In this document: positions 49,732 through 62,914 of the stretch, piece after piece
How positions within the stretch are numbered: position 1 is the stretch's first letter
Layout: each line of letters opens with the position of its first letter
Origin: Macrostomum hystrix
Lineage: Eukaryota > Animalia > Platyhelminthes
DNA length: 64,000 nucleotides
Direction of reading: 5' to 3'
Assembly: GCA_950097015.1 (NCBI GenBank)
Contig: CATNEN010000038.1
Location: 9,796,001-9,860,000 of the forward strand
Notes under the pieces: generated by a model
The model's input: only the letters and a program-made list of their open reading frames with translations
Told to the model about the DNA's origin: nothing
The model's database searches: none
Program-made: the position numbers and the translations under genes

Positions 49732-50275
49732 TCACCCGCTGATCCTTCAGTGCGTCACCCTCCCCTCACCCGCTGATCCTACAGGGCGCCACCCTCCCCT
49801 CACCCGCTGATCCTTCAGGGCGCCACCCTCCACTCACCCGCTGATCCTACAGGGTGCTATCCTTCCCCCTCACCCGCTGATCCTTCAGGGTGCTATCCTT
49901 CCCCCTCACCCGCTGATCCTACAGGGTGCTATCCTTCCCCCTCACCCGCTGATCCTACAGGGTGCTATCCTTCCCCCTCACCGCTGATCCTTCAGGGTGC
50001 TATCCTTCCCCCTCACCCGCTGATCCTACAGGGTGCTATCCTTCCCCCTCACCCGCTGATCCTACAGGGTGCTATCCTTCCCCCTCACCCGCTGATCCTA
50101 CAGGGTGCTATCCTTCCCCCTCACCCGCTGATCCTACAGGGTGCTATCCTTCCCCCTCATCCGCTGATCCTTCAGGGCGTCACCCCCCTCATCCGCTGAT
50201 CCTTCAGGGCGCCACCCGCCCCTCATCCGCTGATCCTTCAGGGCGCTATCCTCCCCTCACCCGCTGATCCTTCAT
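49732..50275. repeat. 33-36-bp minisatellite (CCGCTGATCCT(T/A)CAGGGTGCTATCCTTCCCCCTCAC)n
   Basis: Tandem copies. Confidence 0.93.
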
Positions 50276-50649
50276 GTCTCTGTCCTGAGATTGAGTCTAG
50301 GGTGTCCAGCAACTGCTGATTCACTTCTTCCACCCCTCTCTCTTACCTTCTGCCCCACAATCTTCTCCGCCATGCTTAACTGGCACCCGGAAATTGTCCA
50401 GCTGCACTCAACTCAGAAAGAACTGCCTGTGTGCCTGGCGGGCAGTTACTGGCGGTCTCACTGCCTGCCTTGTCCTTCCTGGGCTTTAGTTCCGATACTG
50501 ATAGTTCAGGTCCAGGCACAGATAATAACGTCTAGGGTGGCCCACAACAGTCAGCTTATCAGCTGTGCCTGAGCCGTTACTATCCTAGTCCGTGACAATG
50601 GGACTTAGATTATTAACAATATCAGGGACAGATTGTGTGCGGCCTTGGG

Positions 50650-50965
50650 TGCAGCATGCTGGAAAGAAGGCTTGGGGGCTTGTCGTGCAATTTACGCCCT
50701 TGATGGCCAACCTCCAAGGCTCAGTGAGAGTGTACACTGTCTAGCTAGCGATGAGAAAGTCAGGGCAGATGTACTGAATTGTGTGAGCGTGTGCCTGCGT
50801 ACAGTATCTGTGTGCGTGTGTGCTCAGGAGTTAGCGGAATGGGCAGAATTGCCTCCTCGCTGGCTATGGGTCTAGTGTCACCAAATGATGTGTCATTGCC
50901 CGCACCCTTCTGCAGTTATTATAACGAGTATTATTATTATTACTATCATTATTATTACTATTATT
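50650..50965 (+). mobile_element. SINE family 1 copy (5'-truncated)
   Basis: Shared core and (TAT)n tail. Confidence 0.8.
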
Positions 50966-52697
50966 GTTTTATATTATGGGATCAGGAATGCGCGGTCTGA
51001 GGTCCCGGATCTGGCGTCCGGTTTGTGAGGCAGTTTTCGGGCTGTTAAAAATGTCCTTTTTCCTAGACCAATTTACCGAGTCCAGGGGGATTTTATTGGC
51101 TGGACGCCCCGGACGTCCTGCAAGACAACAAAACAACCTAGAAGGGCTGAGCAGTCTGTGATAAAGCATTATTCGCATTGAGTATATCGAGGATAGCGGG
51201 CGGGTGTTGTGCGGCTTGGCCAGTAAGCGGGCCAATGCGATCCTGAAAGAACAAATCAGCCGCTTTTGAAGGCGGTTGAGAAGGGAGCTACATTTCTTAG
51301 ATAAGACAGAGAGACAGAGAAATCTCAGCGAGCCAGAAATTTAGTTTCTCGCGTGGGCTTCCCAGTTTGTGTGTTCCGTAACGGAAAATCTGACAAACTA
51401 AAATAACAGCCGGCGATATCACAGGCCCATTCGTATACACTGGCCATTGTGTTGCCCCTATAGCAGGGAACTCGTGCGATGGCGCATCTCTGCACTAACA
51501 GCCCTGTTGTGATCTCGGCTGTGAATATGAACTGTCATATGTGGTAAGTCACCCTGTCGCTAACTGAGAAGCATCGAGGCGACTCCGAATGAAAGCGTGT
51601 TTCTAAGAAATCGGTCAGCAGATTGCGCCAGGTCAAATCCAGGAGCTGCTAATCTGCATAGCCCAGGGAAATGGAAAATGCTAATTATAAATAGACGCAC
51701 TGTGCATTCTTAATTAGATTTAGCACGGAGGAAGGACGAGGACAAGGCTTTTAGCAATTCAAAATTTCCAGCCCCCCAACCCAGTTGGTGTCATAACGAT
51801 AGAGTCTCTAGCTCGGAGTTCTTGTTCGGATTACCGAGAACCGAAAATCTGCGAAGGGCGCATTGCTGCCAATATACACGTAGTTGCAGCTAACTTGACT
51901 GGCGCTTATCCGATCTACAGTTGCACTGAGCAATGCGCCTTCTGTCCAAGCCTCTTAAAAGTTTCAGTTGCCACGACCACCCCGACACAAATTTGTAATA
52001 GCATCCGTTGGGTTCACAAAACCTCTACTGTTGCATCAGTGGTCCGTTTGCGAGTTAAACAATTCGTGTATAAACACACAAACCTGCATCACTGGTCTTA
52101 CAAATCTAAAGACGATAACTTAACTGCGCGTGATAGCTTCACAGGTGGGTCACGTCATGGGCCCCCCTACAGGTCTCAGCAGACTGGTACCAGCCGCATC
52201 AATACAAAAGGAAATTTACACGTATTGTCAACACGCCACAAGACGTAGAGCTTTCTGTATGGTCCGGTATTTACTATAGCATCTTTCGCTTGCGGACCCA
52301 TTCCAAACATCTAGCTAACTAGCTGGCTATCCTGTCATTCTTTGTCTGGCCTAACAGTTTGTCCATTGTTTAACTGCTAGGTGCGACTGCTCTTGAAGTG
52401 GCCAAGTCTAGCATGCAGTGTGCCCATTGTGACAGCGTGCAATTGAGAATAGCACAGCTCCAAATTTAGTATTGCCCCACGCACACTGAGCTGTGCCGAG
52501 CTATGGGGCTAGCAGACAAGCCTGAGCTTGAGTGCTCAACTGCTCCTATCCAGGGCTTCGTGTGATCCGAGACTTCTCTCATTCTCGACTAGTAGTTAGA
52601 CTTATTGAAAGACCTTTGATGTCCTGAGGTCACTCTTTTATTAATTAGTTACCAGGCAGTTAATTATATAGCTGCTTAACTAGTCAATATTTTGCCA

Positions 52698-53158
52698 CTT
52701 AGTTAGTTAAGTCAGTTAGTTAGTCAGTCAGTTAGTCAGTCAGTTAGTTAGTCAGTTAGTTAGTTAGGCATTTAGTAAGTGAGTTAGTCAGCTAGTTAGT
52801 CAGTTAGTTAGTTAGTTAGTCAGTTAGTTAGTCAGTCAGTTAGTTAGTCAGTCAGTTAGTTAGTCAGTTAGTTAGTCAGTTAGTTAGTCAGTTAGTTAGT
52901 CAGTTAGTTAGTTAGTCAGTCAGTTAGCTAGTTAGTTAGTCAGTTAGTTAGTTAGCTAGTTAGCTAGTTAGCTAGATAGTTAGTCAGTTAGTCAGTTAGT
53001 TAGTCAGTTAGTCAGTTAGTTAGTTAGCTAGTTAGCTAGTTAGCTAGATAGTTAGTCAGTCAGTTAGTCAGTTAGTTAGTCAGTTAGTTAGTCAGTCAGT
53101 TAGTCAGTTCATCAGTTAGTTAGTCAGTCAGTCAGTTAGTCAGTTAGTTAGTTAGTTC
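52698..53158. repeat. (TTAG/TCAG)n tetranucleotide array
   Basis: Direct tandem copies. Confidence 0.93.
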
Positions 53159-53296
53159 ATTGTTTTTTGTTTGTTTGGGATGTTTGTTACAGGCAGAATT
53201 GACTGCAATTCCATCCAACAGGCAGTTTATCCTTGTCACTAACCGAATCTATTTGCAGTAGTTTCGCGAACCGAGCAGCATCAGCAGCATCAGCAT

Positions 53297-53331
<35 letters not shown>

Positions 53332-53337
53332 TCCCTG

Positions 53338-56300
53338 ATGGAATTGTCGCACACCAGCACACCGTCTACCATCGACACATTGCCCAGTCCGCCGCAGTCC
53401 ACGCCCGACAGCTTCGCCACTGGGGCCTCCACAAACTCATCTGCGGGCTTCCCTAACGGCATCTTTCCCTTTTTCGGCGGCGGCGGCGGTGGCGGCCGCG
53501 GCGTTAATCTGTTCCCGCAGGCGACGCCATTTGTCGCCGGCTGCGAGTTCGACCCTCCCCAGCAGCTTCAGCAGGCCGCGGCGCCCCTGACCTTCTCCGG
53601 TTCTTCACTGCTGTTCGATGCGTCTCCAGACAAGCCGCTGCAGCGTCCATATCAGCAGCCTCTACAGCCGCCTGCGTCAGCGCCCGAGCAGCTTCCGCTG
53701 TCCTCCACGGCCTACCGGCCCGGCCTGTTCTCTCGCGCCTCTCCGCCGCTTTATCCCGGCCAGGAGTCCGAGCTGTACGGCCCGGCCAGCTTTCAGAACG
53801 GCGCCATCATGGTGCCCCCCAGCCGGGAGTCAGGCGAGCCCAGCCTTCAGAACCCCAAGCAGTCCAAGCAGCAGGAAGTGCTCATGCTGGCTGAGCTGGG
53901 CCAGCTGCCATTGCCTGCCATGGAGAGTGAGTTGACGCCAGCCCCCAGAGCATCTCGCACCGAGATCCCTGAGCTCGAATCCGCGGCGAGGCCACATTCA
54001 TTTAGCGGAGAGAAAGTTCAGGGGGCTTGTCGTGCAATTAAATCCTGTGGTTAGAGCATAGGACTCACGAATTTCACAGAAAGACACTTAACTCTGCATT
54101 GCTACAGTTCACCCAGCTGTGTCCTACCAGTCGATTGTAAACTTTTTTTGCTAGAAGAGTACAAAAAATGTTTAAAGACGTAATGAGGGGAAATTGTAGA
54201 GCGCTCTCGCACCAATGTCCCTGAGCTCGATTCCGCGGCCAGGCCACATTCATTTGGGGCGCAGCCGCGGAAAGAAGGCTTGGGGGCTTGTCGTGCAATT
54301 TACGCCATTGAGGGCCAACCTACAAGGCACAGTGAAAGTTGACACTGCCTGACGATGAGAAAGTCAGGGCAGATGTGCACACCTGTGTGAACGTGTGCCT
54401 GCGTACAGTTATCTGTGTGCGTGTGTGCTCAGAAGTCAGCGAAATGGGCAGAATTGCCCCCTCGCTAGCTGCGGGACTTCTGTCACCATATGATATTCCA
54501 TTGATCGCAGCCCTCCTGCAATTATTATTATTAACAACAACAACAAGAGACGCTAGCCTCAAGAGTCAGGGAGGCAGTGTCAGATGGCGCGCCGCAGAGC
54601 CAGCGCGCGAACATGGTCCGCGCCGTTGGCAGTATCAGGCGCCCCAGCGTCACTCAGCAGGCAGTCGACGTAGTGGCGGATCCGAGCCTGGCCGCGCCTG
54701 AACGGGCCCTGCAGGGTGAGCAGCAGGACGTCCTGGGCGGGCTGGCGTCAGTAGCTCTCGGCCCGAATAACGTGGCCCGCTAGTCGAAGTCGCCCCTGGG
54801 CAGGATGGTGGACGGGCGTTGCAGCTGGGCTCTCTCGTACAGAGCCTCGGTCCCGACGCTCTCGTCAGCTTGAAAGGCCGCACGGAGCAGCCCCGACTGC
54901 GCCGAGTCCAGCTGCCGCTCCAGCGTAGCCGTCAGCGTCCACGACTCGGCGTTGTACAGCAGGACGGTCTGGACCACCGCCTGCCACAGCCGAGCCCTCT
55001 GGCGGTCAGGCAGCGCTGTGGACTGGAGGGCGGCCCGGATCGAACGGTAGGCCACCCAGAGAACGGCAGGTCCTCTGCACCGCCGGATGTCCTCTTCCAC
55101 GTTGGGCACCAGATGACACGGCGGAGTGCGAGGATCTGGGTCACTGTACCGCGCTGCGGCCGGAACCCGTTCTGCTCGTAACGGAGGTACGGGTCCAGCA
55201 CCAACTGCAGGCGATCGAGAAGCAGTCGGTTGAAAAGCTTCTCGGTGCAGGACATAATCGAGATCCCGCGGTGATCTTCTTTCCGCGTTGTCCCGGCCTT
55301 CTTCGGGATCGGCACGATGTGCGCCACGGTCCTCTCGGTGGGCGGAGGGGCGCCGTGAGCACGCGGTTCATGGCGCCTGTGACTTGGGAAGCCACACAGC
55401 GGAGCCGCAGCGCCTCGACCGGAACCTCCTCGAGCGCCTTGCCGCCAGATTTCTCCGAGCGAACCGCAGAACATCCTCCTCGGGGACTGGGCTGGTGCGA
55501 AAAGCCTCCTCAGCTGGCAGGGCCGTGTCCGTCGGCAGTGCGAAACTGGCTGGCAGCGGGGGCGAGGGTGCGTTTACAATGCCGGCGAAGAAGTCGCGCA
55601 ATTTATTGCTGCGCTCTTCCGGAGTGTCGCCGGTCAGATTTAGCGCCACACACCTCTTGCGCCCGTCAGGGTCCGAACGGCCGTCCACACTGCGCGGCTC
55701 CTCAAGTCGAGGCCAGCTGCTGTGATTGACTGGATGGCGTCGTCGACTGCGGCCTGCTGCCGCGTGTCCAGAAGACGCGCGAGCGCCTCCTCGGCGTCAC
55801 CAGTGGGCCGTTGGGATCTTTGGAGTCGCTCGATCTTTAACCGCGCCTGCCAGACTGGCTGCGATCGCTCCGCCGGTCGCATCAGCGGAACCGTCTTTTC
55901 AGCTGCAGCTCTCACAGCAGTGCTGATGTCGGCATTCTCCGCCTAGCACTGGTTTCCAAGCGCATCAGCGTTTTTTAAGTCGCCCGCGAATTGGTACTTC
56001 ACGCGCGGGTCTAACAGGGCACGATAGTAGCGCCGTGGCCGCTGCTTCGGAGGTCGGTAGAGCGGGTCGTTGAGCCGAAGGTCGCAGAGCAAGAGTCGGT
56101 GGTCGGACCGGAGAGCCAGCGGAGCCATGGTGTCGCAGTTGATGACGCGGCGGTGCTCGCGAGCGCGAACCAGCACATTATCGAGTTGCGCCAGCCGCCT
56201 CGTTGCATTCCGCCCACGTGCGTTCCGTCGCCTCCTCTTGCAGCCCTCGAAGGGGACCAAGCCAAAGGCGCGGTCCGATCAACACGCCGACGCCACCACG

Positions 56301-59300
56301 CCCGCGGCCGTCTGCCGACGTGTACAGGAGGCTCCATCCGGCTCCAAGGTCCTCAGGTTGAAGGCCTGGCTCAGCCACGATAGAGACCTGCAGCATTATG
56401 AGGTCTAGCTGTAGGTCGTGGGCCAGCTGGACGAGCAGAGTGCGACGCCAGGGGGCCTTCAGGGTCCGGCAGTTCAGCGTGCAGAGCCTGAGGCGACCAC
56501 CTGGTATGGCTAGGGCCCGATGACGTTGGGCCTCACGGTCCCCGGCGCCATCCGGCGGATCCGAGTCAGAAACGGCAGAGACCGGGGACGACTGGCATCT
56601 TAAAGCACCGCGAAGTCGCCCACACCGGTTGCGCTCACGCCGCCGCTCAGTGCGTGATGTGCCGATCTTGGCTGCCGCAGCCGAGGCGCGGCCTTCCGAG
56701 CCAACCGAGGTCATCCGCGGGCTGATAGGCTGACCACGATGCCAGAGGCTGGCTCTGCAAATGTAATGGCTATGCAAATGTAATGGCTCTGCAAATGTAA
56801 TGGCTCTGCAAATGTAATGGCTCTGCAAATGTAATGGCTCTGCAAATGTAATGGCTCTGGAAATGTAATGGCTCTGCAAATGTAATGGCTCTGCAAATTT
56901 AATGGCTATGCAAATGTAATGGCTCTGCAAATTTAATGGCTATGCAAATGTAATGGCTCTGCAAATTTAATGGCTATGCAAATGTAATGGCTATGCAAAT
57001 GTAATGGCTCTACAAATAGAATGGCTCTGCAAATGTAATCTGCAAATCTTATTTAATATTATTATTAATAAGACACAATGAGTTGCATTGCAGAAATACT
57101 GTAAAAAATGCGAGGCCAAACAGTTATATAATCCTTCCTCCCGTCATTCCAACCCGGCAGACTGGGACCCCAAGCAGAAGATGTTCTGGCTGAAGTGCAT
57201 GCTCACCAAGCACCTGCACCAGCCGTGCCCCTCGGAGCTGCCCGAGCGAGTGCAGAAGCTGCGCATGGTGGAGGCCTGCATCCGGGCCCAGCCCAACACG
57301 CAGCTAGAGAGCTACATCTCAATCTTTGGCGAGATCTTTGACAAGCGAATCGCACTTAAGCTGCAGTACGAGTTGGACGCCTGGAAGCAAGGTAGGCGTC
57401 GGATTATAACAAACCAAATTGAGCACAATTTTCAAAACTGATTGTTACCATTGCGAATTTCATTCCAGTTTGCGACAGCATTCCGGTTAAGATGACCCAC
57501 GCCAGTTACCTGGGTGAGTAGGGGGAAGTTAATTAATGGACCGCTAACGTCTTTGCCTGTTGAACCAACGTCCCTGCAATTTAAGCCCATTAATTTTAAG
57601 TCTGCGGCGAGTTAAGCCACGTAAAGTTTATTTGGTGTGGTTGCCGGAGCGTGACCGCCACATTGCTCCCCCTAGCGCTGGCCTAGGACCGAAACCGCAT
57701 CGGCAGGCACCGGCGAAGCGGAAGCTGGCGGCGACCGGACGCTGGAGGCAGGGCCGCTTGCACCGGTGGGAGGCCTGTCGGTAGGTGCGCCGGCGGCGGC
57801 GCTGGCGGTTGCGCAGCTGCGACCGGAGGGTCTCCATCCCATGGCAGTTGTGGCCGGCCGTCCCGGCGGGGGCGACCTCGTGGCCGCAGCGCCGGAGCCG
57901 GAACCGCCTCGCAGGGATCGAGCGCCGCAGGCTTGAGTCTGTCTAATGACACGTGATCCTGCCGCATGCCCAGGTCGAGGCGGAAGGTCCTGGCTCTGCG
58001 CTCAAGGACCTTGAAGGGCCCGAAGTAGGGCCGCTGCAGCGATGGCCGGTGGCCGTCGCGGCGGATGAAGACGTGCGTGCAGGACTCCAGGGCAGCAGGC
58101 ACGGAGTTAGCGACGCGGCCGTGTGGCGATGTTGGAGGCGGCCATAAAGATTGCACCGCGCTGCGTAGCCGTAGACCAGCTCGGCCGAGGAGACGCCGAT
58201 GTCCTCTTTGGGAGCCGTGCGGATGATCAGCAACGCCCAGGGTAGCTCGTCAGTCCTCGTCGGTCCGGTCAGGCGCGCTATCAGGGATGCCTTGAGCTGG
58301 CGGTGGAAGCGCTCCACCAGGCCGTTAGACTGTGGGTGAAAAGCGGTGGTGTGGTGCAGCTGCATGCCCAGCAGCCTCGACACGTTGGCACATAGCTCGG
58401 AGGTGAACTGGGAGTCGCGGTCGGACGTGACATCGCTGGGCACGCTTAAACGGGCGATCCAACCGGCGATGAAGGTGGATGCGCAGGAGGCAGCGGAAGT
58501 GTCGGCCAAAGGGAAAGCCTCCGGCCAGCGGGAGAACCTGTCGACGACGGTCAGCAGGTGCGTGAAACCGCGGGACTGCGGTAGCAGTCAGACAAAATCA
58601 ATGTGGACGTGCGCGAAACGACTACCGGGCACCGGGATGCTGGTGGGCGGGGCGTTCACGTGGCGCAGCACTTTAGCCGTCTGGCAGGCGATGCAGCTGC
58701 GAGCCCATTGGCCGACGTCCCTGTCGATGCCCGGCCACACGAACTTCTCGGACACTAGGCGCCGCGTACTGCGTACGGACGGGTGCGCCAGGCTGTGGAC
58801 AGCGTCGAAAACGGCGGCCGGTCACGGTGTCGCAGATGACCTCCAGGCCCGGACGCAACGCCACGCGCTTGAGCCGCAGGCCGGGATCGTTTGCCCCGGA
58901 AAATGTTGCACCCGGACAACCGCACCGGGTTGCGGTCTGGCATCGTGGCGTCGTTGAGCCGCCGGAAGTCGCCGCAGGGCCGCCAACCTGGAGGACTTTG
59001 GCACCATGTGCAGCTGCGACGACCAATGGCTGCAAGACCGCCGCACGATGCCCAGCTGCTTCAGGTTGCGGAATTCCTCCTTGGCCTCCTTGGTCAGGCG
59101 GCAGGCGGCGCGCCCTGGCGTGGACGGGCGGCCCGTCGCGTAGGAATATGCCCCCGTGGAGCGGCCGGGCTTTCTGGAAACTCGGCTCCATCAGCGTCGG
59201 GAACTCCGCGAGCAACTGGCTGTACGGGTCCCCAGCGACTGCGGCAGCGAGCTGCGGGGCCGTGCCGGACCAGAGCAGCAGGTGCAGGGCCGGTGGTTGC

Positions 59301-60312
59301 CGAGCAGGGCGAGCATTTCGGACGGGCGGCGGTCACCGAGGTCGGCCAGGTAGTGAAGCCGGCTGGCACGCTGCTGCAGCGTCAGGCCGAAGGTGCCGAG
59401 GAGGCGGGCCTTGAGATCGCCGTACTTAATCTCCTCCGGCGGGTTCTCAAGCACGTCCAGCAGGCGCTCGGCCGACTGCTGGTCCAGCGCAGCTACGAGG
59501 TGAAAGTACTTGGTATCGTCTTGCGTGATGTTGCGGAGGACGAATTGCGCCTCTGCCTGGATGAACCAGGCGCGAGGCTGGCTGGCCCAGAACGTGGGCA
59601 GCTTGAGGGCCACTGCAGACTCAGTTGACATACTGAGGGGTTCTTCTCAAACTGGCGGTTGAGAGTCGGGCTCACGAATGTGGCGAGTTGAGCCACGTAA
59701 AGTATATTTGGCAGAAGAAGGTTAAGGCGCACGAGGTAAAGGTCTTAAGTTATATAGGCCAGCGGTGTACACTGCGCAGCCAGTCAACGCACAGCGTTTA
59801 TGCACATAGCGCCGGCCTTCCTGGCCGGGGTTGGGGTGGCTGCCAGAGCGTGTGGCGTGACCGCCACTAGTCACAAAAATCCCCAAGTTGATTGACACCA
59901 AGCAACAATGCCACCAATCTTCCATTCCCTGTCAGCCGCCTCGCCCGAGAAGATCGGTGGCGACCACCTGTGGGAGCACATCCTGCGCCTCCTGATGAAC
60001 GAGGACCCGACCGTGGAGTGGCTGGCCATCCACGAGGGCTTATTCCGCTTCGTAGATAGCAGCGGCGCGGCCAGGTCGTGGGGCATGACCAAGGGCAACA
60101 TGAACATGAGCTATGAGAAGATGAGCCGCAGCATCAGGCAGTACTACACGGACGACAAGAACGGCCTGATCCAGAAGGCCACGGAATACCCAAAGCTGCA
60201 CTACCGCTTCAACATGTTCCACCCAGAAGTTGTGTCCTTCCTAAAGAAGAACTTTAACGAGGTCTGCCAGCGGCACGCCTTCCTGTGCAGTGTGGTTAAC
60301 GCGCTGCCCTGA
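53338..60312 (+). CDS. ETS transcription factor with pointed (PNT/SAM)-like domain
   Basis: Exons 53338(ATG; may extend to an acceptor at 53222)-53926, 57161-57391 (LPAME|NWDPKQKMFWL, PNT-like), 57469-57513, 59936-60312 (HLWEHILRLL...WGMTKGNMNMSYEKMSRSIRQYY...LHYRF, ETS domain). All three junctions are phase 1 and consistent. Confidence 0.85.
53952..54533 (+). mobile_element. SINE cluster: family 1 fragment (53952-54040), family 2 fragment (~54047-54125), full family 1 copy (54204-54533)
   Basis: Direct similarity to the other copies. Confidence 0.78.
54534..56750 (-). mobile_element. RTE-like non-LTR retrotransposon, degenerate, with multiple deletions; in ETS intron 1
   Basis: APE start RLRLCTLNCRTL and SDHRLL; RT IPKKAG..HRGISIMS..KLFN..EQNGFRPQRGTVTQILALRRVI; C-terminal VLLYNAESWTLT; (TTG)n 3' tail at ~54534-54547. 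The YADD core is not seen. Confidence 0.85.
56751..57045. repeat. 17-bp (GGCTCTGCAAATGTAAT)n
   Basis: Abuts the 5' end of the RTE element. Confidence 0.95.
57603..59868 (-). mobile_element. Ty3/Gypsy LTR retrotransposon, internally deleted, with 4-bp TSD AGTC; in ETS intron 3
   Basis: 5' LTR 59679-59868, followed by PBS-like TTCGTGAGCCCGAC. Gag AVALKLPTFW..WFIQAEAQF; RT fragments; integrase HPQSNGLVERFHRQLK and GPF. PPT AGGGGGAG. 3' LTR 57603-57662 shares both ends with the 5' LTR. AGTC at 57599-57602 and 59869-59872. Confidence 0.9.
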
Positions 60313-60714
60313 TTGGCTGGGCCGATGGCAGTATCAGGGCGAGCCCCGCCACCCTTCTCTCTGACTTTTACAGGAGTTTTTTTCATACAAATTTTGTTGA
60401 ATAACATTTTTGATCTGTTTCTGTTTGTCTCTACCTCCGCTGTCTGTCTCTCTGTCCCGCTTGCTCCCAGCTACTCTCTCTCTCTCTCTCTTTCTCTCAA
60501 TCTTCTTAATCCCCACGTGGGACTCTCTAATTCACTCTGACGCTATTTCTGACACTCACCTCTCCTTGAAGTTGAAGAATTCACACGAGTTCCGACAAGT
60601 GCTTGACTTGGCTTTGATGGCCAATAAATGTAGACAAACTCTCTTCGTACATATTTATTTTTTTGTGCGCGCAAACTGACTCTTCTACCGGGCCTGTGCT
60701 CTGTACGAGTTAAC

Positions 60715-61882
60715 ACTTGTGCTCAAGGTGCAGTTATACCTGTGCTCACTGCGTGCAGTTATACCTGTGCTCAGAGTGCAGTTATACATGTGCTCAAGGT
60801 GCAGTTATACCTGTGCTCACTGCGTGCAGTTATACCTGTGCTCAGAGTGCAGTTATACCTGTGCTCAGAGTGCAGTTATACCTGTGCTCAAGGTGGTTAT
60901 ACCTGTGCTCAAGGTGGTTATACCTGTGCTCAAGGTGCAGTTATACCTGTGCTCAGAGTGCAGTTATACATGTGCTCAAGGTGCAGTTATACCTGTGCTC
61001 AGAGTGCAGTTATACCTGTGCTCAAGGTGGTTATACCTGTGCTCAGAGTGCAGTTATACATGTGCTCAAGGTGCAGTTATACCTGTGCTCAGAGTGCAGT
61101 TATACATGTGCTCAAGGTGCAGTTATACCTGTGCTCAAGGTGGTTATACCTGTGCTCAAGGTGCAGTTATACCTGTGCTCAGAGTGCAGTTATACATGTG
61201 CTCAAGGTGCAGTTATACCTGTGCTCAGAGTGCAGTTATACCTGTGCTCAAGGTGGTTATACCTGTGCTCAAGGTGCAGTTATACCTGTGCTCAGAGTGC
61301 AGTTATACATGTGCTCAAGGTGCAGTTATACCTGTGCTCAGAGTGCAGTTATACCTGTGCTCAAGGTGGTTATACCTGTGCTCAGAGTGCAGTTATACCT
61401 GTGCTCAAGGTGGTTATACCTGTGCTCAGAGTGCAGTTATGCATGTGCTTAAGGTGCAGTTATACCTGTGCTCAGAGTGCAGTTATACATGTGCTCAAGG
61501 TGCAGTTATACCTGTGCTCAAGGTGGTTATACTGTGCTCAAGGTGCAGTTATACCTGTGCTCAGAGTGCAGTTATACCTGTGCTCAAGGTGGTTATACCT
61601 GTGCTCAAGGTGCAGTTATACCTGTGCTCAGAGTGCAGTTATACATGTGCTCAAGGTGCAGTTATACCTGTGCTCAGAGTGCAGTTATACCTGTGCTCAA
61701 GGTGGTTATACCTGTGCTCAAGGTGGTTATACCTGTGCTCAAGGTGGTTATACCTGTGCTCAAGGTGGTTATACCTGTGCTCAAGGTGCAGTTATACCTG
61801 TGCTCAAGGTTCAGTTATACCTGTGCTCAGAGTGCAGTTACACTTGTGCTCAAGGTGCAGTTACCTGTGCTCAGGGTGCTCA
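60715..61882. repeat. 21/23-bp (GTTATACCTGTGCTCAAGGTGCA)n
   Basis: Tandem copies with mixed variants. Confidence 0.96.
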
Positions 61883-62914
61883 GGCGTATGTTTAGTTGTA
61901 TCGTTACAAACTCCCTATACATAACATCTATCTAGCAGTAATTGAGTATGTAGTTTGTGTTTTTTGACATCTCATTGTGATTACTTATCGATTTTTTCTG
62001 TTAAGTTCCTATTTAAATAATTAAGTTAGGGACAGGCTGTGCATTAGTACAAATTTGAAGTGACTGCACATTGCCACAAACCTTTCCTTCAATGAGACAG
62101 AAAACTGTTTGATAGGATTTTGATCCGATTTCTTGAAAAATGGTAAATCGAGCCTTTTTGCTTCTCTATTGAGCTTCCGATCATGCTGCCAAGGCCTTGA
62201 ATTGGTTTTTTTCGCACTATTCCACTTATACATACGCTCGTATTTATTATAATTATAATTAAACGAACATTGTGCAGCACACGATAATCCACTGCCACTT
62301 TTTTGTTTTTTCGTCAGTTGTTTCTCTAAAATAAATCTAGCTCTACTAACAAACTGAAAGAAAGTAGTATGCATGGAGAATTACTTCGTGCTTAGTTAGT
62401 TGTGAATCACACTATCAGCGTATGTTTCAAGTGAGTATCAGCGATCCGGTAAGAACTGGGCCTAGTGTATTTCATATTATACGCAACAGTAAGAAAATAA
62501 CTCCAAGAGTCCTGAACCAATCATAGAAGAGTAATCGCATCCAGCAGGTGACCAGCCTGGAACATTGCACACTAATAGCATTACCGCGCATAGCAACCGA
62601 ATGGTGGCACAGCTGACAGGATTGGGAAAAATAACGGAAAATGACTAGATCGAATTTGACTGCCTGAAAAAATATGCACAATGAGAAATATAAGAGAAAT
62701 AGCAGCTGACCACTTGCCGCGAGTAGTGTAAAAACAAGACTTAACAACTACTTGGGTGAGTGAGTAGTGCATTAGGAGAGTTCCCTCAAATCTTGCGGGT
62801 GGACAACAAATAACAAAACTAGTACAAATCATTCCGTACACAGAAAATCCCGTTTAGGGATCCCTGTAAAAATCCCTATTGCACTGTAAAAAGGATTAAG
62901 GGGTAATCTCGCCA

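Noticed and set aside
60717-61935. Cys-rich 400-aa ORFs resembling metallothionein or keratin-associated proteins
   Set aside because: A 21/23-bp tandem repeat open in all three frames.
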